A stretch of DNA of 53,205 nucleotides from IMG/VR virus record IMGVR_UViG_3300008261_000396, positions 1 through 53,205 of that record; one strand, given 5' to 3'. Below the pieces are notes generated by a model that saw only the letters and a program-made list of their open reading frames with translations, ran no database searches and had not been told where the DNA came from. The stretch is from a virus. Lineage: Duplodnaviria; Caudoviricetes. This document shows positions 29,758 to 38,200 of the stretch, piece by piece (position 1 is the first letter of the stretch; the number at the start of each line of letters is the position of its first letter). Made by a program: the position numbers and the translations under genes.

Positions 29758-29799
29758 ACTTGGCATGTTTATGATAAATATAAAAAATTTATAGATTTA
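29754..29799 (+). promoter_or_regulatory. Palindrome ATAAAC-N7-GTTTAT overlapping promoter TTTA-N20-TAGATTTA
   Basis: Same architecture as 24206-24251. Confidence 0.6.
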
Positions 29800-29817
29800 C
29801 AATAGAAAAAAAATACT

Positions 29818-30462
29818 ATGGCAACATATATACAATCATCATCAGGAATATATAAAATCATAAACATTGTGAACAATAAAATATATATTGGTTGTGCTTC
29901 AAATATAAGAACAAGAAAAAATGGTCATGTGTATGATTTAAGAAAAGGTGTTCATAAAAATGATTATTTACAAAAAGCTTGGAATAAATATGGAGAAGTT
30001 AATTTCAAGTTTGAAGTTGTTGAGATATGTGATATTAAACTTTTACATGAAAAAGAACATTTTTGGGTAAATTATTATAATTGTTTAGATAGAACTAAAG
30101 GTTATAATTTAAAACCAACAGATCCTAAAGGTTGTTCAATTCACTCAGAAGAAACAAAAGAAAAATTAAGACAAGCTAATAAAGGTAAAAAACCTTCTCA
30201 AGCATGTATTGAAGCTGGTAAAATATATAATGCTTCAGAAGAATGTAAAATGAATTTAAAAGAAGCTAGAAAAAAATTAAAAGATGTAGATTTTTATAAA
30301 GTAAATAGTGGTAAAAGAAAAAGAATAAAAAATACACTTACTGGTGAAATTTATGAATCAGTTAGAATAGCTTCTGAACAGTTGAATATACCTAAATATG
30401 AATTATCTAGAAGACTTTTAGGTAAAAGAATAAATAATACAAATTTAATTTACTTATTATGA
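29818..30462 (+). CDS. Free-standing GIY-YIG homing endonuclease with NUMOD3- and NUMOD1-like DNA-binding motifs
   Basis: SGIYKIINIVNNKIYIG...R...H; EKE..W; GYN; HSEETKEKLRQANKGK; IYESVRIASEQLNI. Confidence 0.92.
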   Translation: MATYIQSSSGIYKIINIVNNKIYIGCASNIRTRKNGHVYDLRKGVHKNDYLQKAWNKYGEVNFKFEVVEICDIKLLHEKEHFWVNYYNCLDRTKGYNLKPTDPKGCSIHSEETKEKLRQANKGKKPSQACIEAGKIYNASEECKMNLKEARKKLKDVDFYKVNSGKRKRIKNTLTGEIYESVRIASEQLNIPKYELSRRLLGKRINNTNLIYLL

Positions 30463-32999
30463 GTACATATATTACAGGTGTAACTGACTACATTCCGGAT
30501 TATCAAACCTTTCAACCTGATTTGAATTTCTATGCTCATGTTTTGCAAACAAAACAAAGCCAGTATGACTCAAATTATAAAGCGTTAAATAATTTATATG
30601 GTGAGTTGTATCATCAAAGAGTTACTAGAGATGATAGTAACAAACTGAAAGATGACTATCTAAAGAAAGTTGACTATGAATTAAAAAGAGTCAGTGCTTT
30701 AGATTTATCTCTTCAGCAAAATGTTGACCAAGCAACTCAAGTATTTAAGCCTCTTTATGAAGATGCTCACTTGATGAAAGATATGGCTCTTACCAAAAAT
30801 TATGACAATGAAAGATCAAGAGCTGTAGCATTAAAAAATGCTAAAGATCCTAAAGTAAGTGCTGGTTATTGGAATAATGGTATTAAAGCTATGGACTATA
30901 GAATAGAAGAATTTAAGAATGCTGCTAAAGAAGATGTTCTTAGTTTTGGTAATATTACATATACTCCAAATGTTAATGCTTTTGAAAAATATAAAGAGAT
31001 AGCAGAAAGTATGGATTTATCAGTTGATATAACTCAACCAGATAAATCAGGTATGTATTTGGTAAGACAAAAAAATGGAGATTTAATATTACCAAGTATT
31101 CAAAAAATGTTTTTATCAGCTTATGCTAGTGATCCATCATTACAAGCTAAATATGCAACAGATGCCTATGTTAAAAGAAAAGATGAGATTAAAGGTAGAG
31201 CTGAGAAGTATAAGGGTAATGAATTATTAGCTGAACAAGAATATCTAAAAGAACAATATGTAATTTTAAAAGATTACACAAATGAAAAAACTAAGGTTTC
31301 TGAAGAAGTATTAGATGCAAATAAATCTAAAGCTAACATAGTTCAGAATGATGTTGATTCCGGAAAGGTAAATGTTAAACAACCTGCTTTCATGGAAAGA
31401 ATCAATCAAGCATTACAAGTTGATAAAATTGTTTATGAACATAACTCTAAGTTAAATGAGCAAATCAACCGGGGTAACTCATCTCCATATACAGACAAAC
31501 CTGTTCCTACAGTAGATGGTTTAGACTTAGACAATATTGAATTGGCAAGAGAAATGGTAGACTCTAACTTAGCTGCTTATTTAGCTGAGAAGGATATATT
31601 ACTTAACTCAGATATTTTTGCTAAGAAAGATATGATTGTAGACTATAAGGTTAATCCATTTGGTTTAGAAGAAGTAAGACATTCTCATAACATGAGTAGA
31701 GATGCTGCTAATAATGCAGCTGCAATAAACAGAGATAAAATTAAATTTGAAAGAGATTTAATATTGAAAAAAGTTGATGCTGACAATGACCTTATTAAAT
31801 ATAAACTTGAAAATGGTTTTGCTTATTTAAATGAAAAAGGAGAAGTAGTTCCAATACCAACACCTGGTCAAACTCTTGAAGAAATAGAAGCAGGTGACAC
31901 AGCTATTAAAAATATTGGTATTCTAAAAGATAACAGAAATTTATTTTTAGAAGATGCTGATAAAAATGCTGGAGAATACTTTAACCATTGGCTTGATAAT
32001 ATTAGAAAAGGAATTGATTCACAAGAAATCAAGAAAGCTGACTTAGCTTATCTACTTGGTCAAAATAATAAATGGGTAGATAAAATTTGGGAAAAATATA
32101 ATAATCAAGCTGAAACTCCAGAAGGAAGAAAAAAATTAGTACAAGAATTAACATTAGGTACTAAGATGTTTGATTTAAAGAAAAGAATGGATACTTGGGC
32201 TGAAAAACATGATGCTTTAGAAACAGCTCAATCATACAACTCAAATCAATTAGCATTATTTAAATTAGATCAAGTTCAACTTAAATATTCTGCTCACATG
32301 CAGATTAAAAAAGAAAATGATAACAGAATACAAAAGCAGTTGTATGCAGCATTAGCTGAAACAAATTTATCAGATAAAGCAAAGTATTCTATTATTGATG
32401 CTTATCAAAAACATTATGTTAATGATGGTAAATTATATCATGATGAAGATTTTGATGATTATATAGAAGATTTCTTAGATAAAATTGGAGAAGGTAATAA
32501 AACTACTGTAGTAAAAGCAAATTGGAAAAATACTGAAATGAATGAAGCAAACGCTAAATTTGCTTCACCAACTAAAACAGTTAATAAAGTTCCATTTGCT
32601 CAAATATTATCAGAAGCATATGATAAAATTACAACCAATCCTAATCATAAATTAGGTTTGTTATCATATAGAAAAACAAATGTTGATGCTAATACTGGTA
32701 GAGCTACTATAGCAGCAAGACCTTCATCTATTCCTGTTAATCTTGGAAGAAGAGATGAGAACTTAATAAGCTTTAAACAGTTTGTTCAAGATATTAAAGG
32801 TATTAATTTCTTAAATGATCCAACAAACTTTAGAATATCTACAAAAGGTAATGTTTTAGATCCAAAATATGATTCTGATTATTTAGCTGCAAATCAATCT
32901 AATTTGAAGAAATTAAAGAATATGATGAGGCTAACGGTATTACTTTCATGGCTCCTCAATCAAATTGGAGAAATAATTTATATCAATCTAATAAGATAA
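30459..32999 (+). CDS. Virion cargo protein, N-terminal part; frame breaks near 32903
   Basis: MSTYITGVTDYIP...KQSQYD helical protein; the last ~30 aa (LKKLKNMMRLTVLLSWLL...) look out of frame. Confidence 0.72.
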   Translation: MSTYITGVTDYIPDYQTFQPDLNFYAHVLQTKQSQYDSNYKALNNLYGELYHQRVTRDDSNKLKDDYLKKVDYELKRVSALDLSLQQNVDQATQVFKPLYEDAHLMKDMALTKNYDNERSRAVALKNAKDPKVSAGYWNNGIKAMDYRIEEFKNAAKEDVLSFGNITYTPNVNAFEKYKEIAESMDLSVDITQPDKSGMYLVRQKNGDLILPSIQKMFLSAYASDPSLQAKYATDAYVKRKDEIKGRAEKYKGNELLAEQEYLKEQYVILKDYTNEKTKVSEEVLDANKSKANIVQNDVDSGKVNVKQPAFMERINQALQVDKIVYEHNSKLNEQINRGNSSPYTDKPVPTVDGLDLDNIELAREMVDSNLAAYLAEKDILLNSDIFAKKDMIVDYKVNPFGLEEVRHSHNMSRDAANNAAAINRDKIKFERDLILKKVDADNDLIKYKLENGFAYLNEKGEVVPIPTPGQTLEEIEAGDTAIKNIGILKDNRNLFLEDADKNAGEYFNHWLDNIRKGIDSQEIKKADLAYLLGQNNKWVDKIWEKYNNQAETPEGRKKLVQELTLGTKMFDLKKRMDTWAEKHDALETAQSYNSNQLALFKLDQVQLKYSAHMQIKKENDNRIQKQLYAALAETNLSDKAKYSIIDAYQKHYVNDGKLYHDEDFDDYIEDFLDKIGEGNKTTVVKANWKNTEMNEANAKFASPTKTVNKVPFAQILSEAYDKITTNPNHKLGLLSYRKTNVDANTGRATIAARPSSIPVNLGRRDENLISFKQFVQDIKGINFLNDPTNFRISTKGNVLDPKYDSDYLAANQSNLKKLKNMMRLTVLLSWLLNQIGEIIYINLIR

Positions 33000-33355
33000 C
33001 ACCTACGGAAGCTATAATGAATACTGGAAAAGGGTTGAGTTTTGTAGATCCTAGTTATGGTCATAACTATATTGTTAGAAGAGATAATGTAACTGGTAAT
33101 TATAGTATTACTGGTAAGATAAATTCTGTTGATGATAATGGTAAACCTATTGTATATTCACTAAGTGAAACAGTTCCATATGGAAATAATATTGATGATA
33201 AAATTTCTAAAATAATGATAGATATACATAATACTAATGTGCATCTTAAAAAAGTTTATACAAATTTTCATAATCTTGAGGATACTCAAAAGAAAATGAA
33301 TATGGAAAAAGCATTTGGTAAAAGTTTCAAAAACGCAGGACTAAAAATTATATAA
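32948..33355 (+). CDS. Probable C-terminal part of the 30459 cargo protein (frame open from 32903)
   Basis: Upstream in-frame FEEIKEYDEANGITF leads into MAPQSNW; overlaps the previous ORF by 52 nt. Confidence 0.6.
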   Translation: MAPQSNWRNNLYQSNKITPTEAIMNTGKGLSFVDPSYGHNYIVRRDNVTGNYSITGKINSVDDNGKPIVYSLSETVPYGNNIDDKISKIMIDIHNTNVHLKKVYTNFHNLEDTQKKMNMEKAFGKSFKNAGLKII

Positions 33356-33358
33356 AAA

Positions 33359-36300
33359 ATGGCTAAGACTATAATTAATTCTGGCTCAGGTTTAGATTTA
33401 AAAAATGCATCTGTTGCAAATAAAGTAATAAATATCAATGATGCTACAGCAGGTATTACACCAAACAAACCTGCTATTGCTACTAAATCTGATAATCCAG
33501 TTAAAGATTTAAATGATCATGTACAAGGAGTAATACAAAGACAAAAAATGCTTCAGACTACATTGCGTGATGACAATGAGTATGGTAAGACATTTACATT
33601 TGATAACAGTCCTTCTAGTGCATCATTTAAAGCTAGATATAAAGGTTATGGTCAAGAAACTTATAACAGAATTGGTTTTGATCCAGATGTTAATAATGAA
33701 TCTATTTACAATCAAAATACAACCACATTTGATGACATGGGTAGATGGTTAAAACATTCTGCCGCACCAATGTTGGGATTGGGATTTTTAGCACCTGTAC
33801 ATTCCTACGGCAAGCTCCTAGGTTCTGGAGATGTAGGAGCAGATAGACAAGAAGCAAAAGATTATGAATACTACAATTCCATTGGATACTCAAGTAGAGG
33901 TGGTATAGGTGGATTTGCTACTAACTTATTAAACTCTGTTTCTTACTCCGCAGGTATATTACTTGAAGGTGCTGTAGAAGGAGCTATGGTTAGTGGTGCT
34001 ATTGGAGCAGCAACTGGAGGAGAATTAAATCTACTAGGTGGTGCATTGGGTGGTATGAAGGCTTTGACCAAAGTCCCATCTGCATTATTTCAATCTGCTA
34101 AAAATATTGGTAAAATATCTAAATCACTTCAAGCATTAAAAAATATAAACAATGCTAAGAACTTTTGGAAAACTGCAGGAACAATAGGTCAAAAAGCAGG
34201 TGAATTTATAAATCCTTTTGAAAATACTTTAGATGCTGTAAAGTTATTGAAAGAAACAGATGATGTTAGCAAGCTTGCAAGAACTGCAAGAACTGCTGGT
34301 GCTTTCTGGCATGACGTTATGGGTATAAACATGGCTTTATCAGAAGGTAGATTAGAGGGTGGTTTTTCTGAGCAAAATGTATATAACAAGTTATACAATG
34401 ATTACTATGCAAAACATGGTAAAGCTCCTTCTATAGAATTACAACAAGAAATGATGTTGGATTCTAAAAAAGCTGGTTTCAAAAATACACTTTACAATAC
34501 TGGTTTAGTATTCTATTCAAACAAAGTTGCATTCCCTTCTATAACAAGAGCAAAGTTTTTAAAGGGTGCACCTAGACTTAATTTTGGAAAAGTTGTAGGT
34601 GAGGTTGGTAATGAGTTTCAAATCATGTTCAATCCTGCAGATGACGTTGCAAAAGCAACATATACTAAAGAAGCAATTTCTTTAAAGAATTCTATCAAAG
34701 CATTAAAGAGTCCTAAACAATGGGGTAAACTTGGCTTGAATTACTTTAAAGGTAACTTAATGGAAGGTATTCAGGAAATTAGTCAAGAGGCATTAGCGTC
34801 TGCTGTTGAGAAATACTATGTGGATAGTTTTTATAATCCTTCTGTAAGAGGGTATAGATATGGAATGGCTGCAATGTTTGATGGTTTAGACAAACAATTA
34901 AATGCACAAGGTGGAGAAACATTTGCATCTGGGTTTTTGATGGGTAGTTTGTTAGAAGGTCCAAGCAAGATGTTTAAGTTTGGTACCAAAAACTTCAGCA
35001 GAATCTTTAAGGATAAAGCAGTAAATGAAGAGTATGTAAAACAAAGAGAAGCTCAAGCAAATGCAATAGTTAACTCTTTGAATAACATGCATAAGAATGC
35101 AAAGTACTTTTTTGACCCAAGAATAAATAACTACTCAAATCAGATGTTGACTGCTAAAATGGTTGACAATCCAGATAATGTTGAAACAAAAGTTTTAAAA
35201 GATGCGGAGTTTGCTGCATTCCAAAGTTCTGTTCAAACTGCTTTAAGAACAGGTACATATGATACTTTTCTTGATAACTTAAAAGAATATAAAAATACTA
35301 CACCTGAAGAGTTAGAAGAAGCTTGGTCATTAGAACCAGGTCAAGGTGAGAAAGCATTACAAAATATTGATAAAGCTATAACTTCAGCAAAAGAAACTGC
35401 AGCAAGATATAAAATGGCTAAAGATAAGTTTAAAGACTATGTTGATCCACAACAGTATAAAGAAGGATCTCCAGAATATACTGCTGCTATAATTTATAAC
35501 AAAGCTTATGAAGAATCTATTAATAGTTTAGTCTTTTTACAATCTACATTTGATAATCATATTGATAGATTAGGTAAAATGTATAATCAACTGGATAAGT
35601 TAAAATCAATTTCCAGTAGTCCATTTTCAAATTTTGATGTTATTACTGATGCTGTTAAACTAAATGAACAAATAAATTATTTAAAACAAGATATTGAGTC
35701 AGGAGAAACATCAACTTTACCAGAAGCTGTAGCTCAAGTAAGACAAAAAAGAGAGTTATTAAAAGCTTTAGATAGATTTCAAAAAGCTCAGGATAGTAAT
35801 TCTGGAGAAAATCTTAATTTATTGTTGAATGCAATTAATGAAGGTAACACAACACCTGAAATGAATGAGTATTTTAATTCATTTCTGAATTTACTTGAAA
35901 CAATTGCTGGATCAGAAGAAAATAAAGTTACATTAAGAAATGAAATTGATAAGCTTGGTGGTCATGAAGATTTGTTTAGTTCATTAATTGACATACACTT
36001 TTTAAAACATGAACAATTAAATACTGCTAAGTACATAAATATTCTTGCAGATCCTGCAGGTTTCCGTGAAAGTGTAAACAGAAACTTTGACTGGATGAAA
36101 AGAATGTATGACAACAGAAAAGAATACTATAAAGATATTGTAAATCAAGAGATTACTAATGTTGAAAGAAATGAAATCTTAAACACATTAGCTGCTGATG
36201 GTATTTTTGTTGACTTAGATGAATTTGCAAAATTTGTTGAAGATCCTGAAAACTATTTACCAGAGTATTTTATTGATACTACAAAAGAAATGATAATTAA

Positions 36301-38200
36301 TAAAGACAGTGTTCTTTATGAAAAGTATGCAGGAATATTTATAGAAGCTGCTCGGTTATCTCAAAAGAAACCAGCTGGTGACCCTGCTACAGAGAAACAA
36401 AAGCTGGATGATGAGTTAACAGATCTTGCAAAATATAAAAATGATGAGTTAAGAGTTGCAGCTCAGGATTATGACCAATCTTTTATTGATGAAGTTGGTA
36501 TGTCAGTACAAGAAGCAACTGCAAAAAACCAAGATGTTGAAGAATCAAATGCTCAATTAGAAATAGATCAAAAAGCTGCAACAGAAAAAATTGGTAAGCT
36601 TCAGAACTTATTAGAACTAGTAGGTAAAGATCCTATTGACTCAAATGAAATAGTAAAACTTTCTGATGAATTATTAAATAAAGGTGAGTTAGAGTTAAAT
36701 GCTGATGAGATAGATCCTGAAGCTATGGGTGCTATAACATCCCGTAAGTTTAAGAAAGCTGACCCGGATACTATAAATGAAGCAGTTTTTACAGTATATG
36801 TTTTATCTGAAAAATTCCCTACACTATTAGCTGATAAAATTGCTGAGCAAAAAGAAATACTTAAAAAACAAAAAGAGTCTTTGATTGATATTGAAGGTAC
36901 TAAAAGTTTTAAAGTAAATGCAGAAAGAGTAGCTCAAATAAATGAAAGATATACAGCTTTAGAAAATCAGATACTTAACAAGTATAAAGAAAAAGGTGTT
37001 GACAAATCTACTGTAGATGAGTTTACTCCACAAATGGGTTATGCTAATTTTCCAGAAGATTTGCAGTCTCAGATTGATACTGAATTCAATGCTTATTTGA
37101 CTAATGAACTTGAGATGGATCCAAAAAGTTTGATGGATACTAACATCAAAAAATATGAGGAGATTAGACAAAACTGGATTGAAAAAGAAGGTATAGAGTT
37201 ACTTAAAAAATATAATGAGCAAGTAAAAGCAGAGGGTGCAGCAAGAGCAGAAGCTTTGACCAAACCTCCTGTACTAACTTCTAGAATTTTTAAGAACATA
37301 AAAATTGAGGCTAGCATGCCTACAGGAACATTGAATGTTATCCTAGATAAAATGGAAGCAACATTGAAGAGTAAAATCTTTAATGATGGGGCTACTGAAT
37401 TTAAACTTTCAGAACAAGATATCAATGAAATCAATGAAGATGTTCAGAAACTTAAAACCTTCCTACAGTACAAACAAGGAAAGTTACAACCTGTAAGTGT
37501 AGCAGAAAAAGCATTTAATAGTTTTAGAAAAAATGTTCTAGCTAGACAAGATGAACTTGAGGATGTATTTGATGAAGATGGAAACAAGATAGGTAGAAAG
37601 TTTGCAGGAGATCCTGATTCAAAACTAACCACAAGAGCAACTAATATTTCTGACGGTATTGCTTCTGAATTATCTGATGAAACAAAACCAGGTTATTCAG
37701 ATGAGAATGTTGACAAAATAGTAAATGTGTTTTTTGGTGTGTATAATGATCATATTAAAAAAGGTGATCCAGATGCATTTAACAAAGCTTGGGAAGCATT
37801 TTCTATTGCAGCCAGAGATTCATATAAACAGTTGAACACAGAAGATAAAAAAGCTAGAATAAGAGCTTCTTTAGAAAAAAACACAACTGAAGAAAACTTT
37901 AGAAAGCTTATTGGTAAAGAGGCATTCTCAAATAACTCAGAAGCTGGTACTAATCTTGATGCTGCTGTAAGAACATTCTTTACTATAGATGATAATACTG
38001 GTACTTGGAAGTCTTTCAAATACAGTGACACTATTGAAATTGAAGGTAAAGAAACTAAGATTTCAGACATCATGAGTGAGACAGCTTTTGATAAAATGTT
38101 TGGAATTAGAGGTATTGTTACAAGATTTAGAGAAAGTTTAACTGCTCAAAATTATATACCATTAACAAACAATGTAAAACTGTTTGATAAAAACTTATGA
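33359..38200 (+). CDS. Large ejected cargo protein with Gly/Ala-rich membrane-like helices and coiled coils, ending in an apparently incomplete PD-(D/E)xK-like region
   Basis: 1613 aa, no Cys seen; AGILLEGAVEGAMVSGAIGAATGG, EGIQEISQ, FASGFLMGSLL; SEAGTNLDAAVRTFF near the end. Confidence 0.75.
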   Translation: MAKTIINSGSGLDLKNASVANKVININDATAGITPNKPAIATKSDNPVKDLNDHVQGVIQRQKMLQTTLRDDNEYGKTFTFDNSPSSASFKARYKGYGQETYNRIGFDPDVNNESIYNQNTTTFDDMGRWLKHSAAPMLGLGFLAPVHSYGKLLGSGDVGADRQEAKDYEYYNSIGYSSRGGIGGFATNLLNSVSYSAGILLEGAVEGAMVSGAIGAATGGELNLLGGALGGMKALTKVPSALFQSAKNIGKISKSLQALKNINNAKNFWKTAGTIGQKAGEFINPFENTLDAVKLLKETDDVSKLARTARTAGAFWHDVMGINMALSEGRLEGGFSEQNVYNKLYNDYYAKHGKAPSIELQQEMMLDSKKAGFKNTLYNTGLVFYSNKVAFPSITRAKFLKGAPRLNFGKVVGEVGNEFQIMFNPADDVAKATYTKEAISLKNSIKALKSPKQWGKLGLNYFKGNLMEGIQEISQEALASAVEKYYVDSFYNPSVRGYRYGMAAMFDGLDKQLNAQGGETFASGFLMGSLLEGPSKMFKFGTKNFSRIFKDKAVNEEYVKQREAQANAIVNSLNNMHKNAKYFFDPRINNYSNQMLTAKMVDNPDNVETKVLKDAEFAAFQSSVQTALRTGTYDTFLDNLKEYKNTTPEELEEAWSLEPGQGEKALQNIDKAITSAKETAARYKMAKDKFKDYVDPQQYKEGSPEYTAAIIYNKAYEESINSLVFLQSTFDNHIDRLGKMYNQLDKLKSISSSPFSNFDVITDAVKLNEQINYLKQDIESGETSTLPEAVAQVRQKRELLKALDRFQKAQDSNSGENLNLLLNAINEGNTTPEMNEYFNSFLNLLETIAGSEENKVTLRNEIDKLGGHEDLFSSLIDIHFLKHEQLNTAKYINILADPAGFRESVNRNFDWMKRMYDNRKEYYKDIVNQEITNVERNEILNTLAADGIFVDLDEFAKFVEDPENYLPEYFIDTTKEMIINKDSVLYEKYAGIFIEAARLSQKKPAGDPATEKQKLDDELTDLAKYKNDELRVAAQDYDQSFIDEVGMSVQEATAKNQDVEESNAQLEIDQKAATEKIGKLQNLLELVGKDPIDSNEIVKLSDELLNKGELELNADEIDPEAMGAITSRKFKKADPDTINEAVFTVYVLSEKFPTLLADKIAEQKEILKKQKESLIDIEGTKSFKVNAERVAQINERYTALENQILNKYKEKGVDKSTVDEFTPQMGYANFPEDLQSQIDTEFNAYLTNELEMDPKSLMDTNIKKYEEIRQNWIEKEGIELLKKYNEQVKAEGAARAEALTKPPVLTSRIFKNIKIEASMPTGTLNVILDKMEATLKSKIFNDGATEFKLSEQDINEINEDVQKLKTFLQYKQGKLQPVSVAEKAFNSFRKNVLARQDELEDVFDEDGNKIGRKFAGDPDSKLTTRATNISDGIASELSDETKPGYSDENVDKIVNVFFGVYNDHIKKGDPDAFNKAWEAFSIAARDSYKQLNTEDKKARIRASLEKNTTEENFRKLIGKEAFSNNSEAGTNLDAAVRTFFTIDDNTGTWKSFKYSDTIEIEGKETKISDIMSETAFDKMFGIRGIVTRFRESLTAQNYIPLTNNVKLFDKNL

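Noticed and set aside
29760-30470. Group I intron around the GIY-YIG gene
   Set aside because: There is no non-coding space for a ribozyme core: about 60 nt of AT-rich leader upstream and an ATGA overlap downstream.
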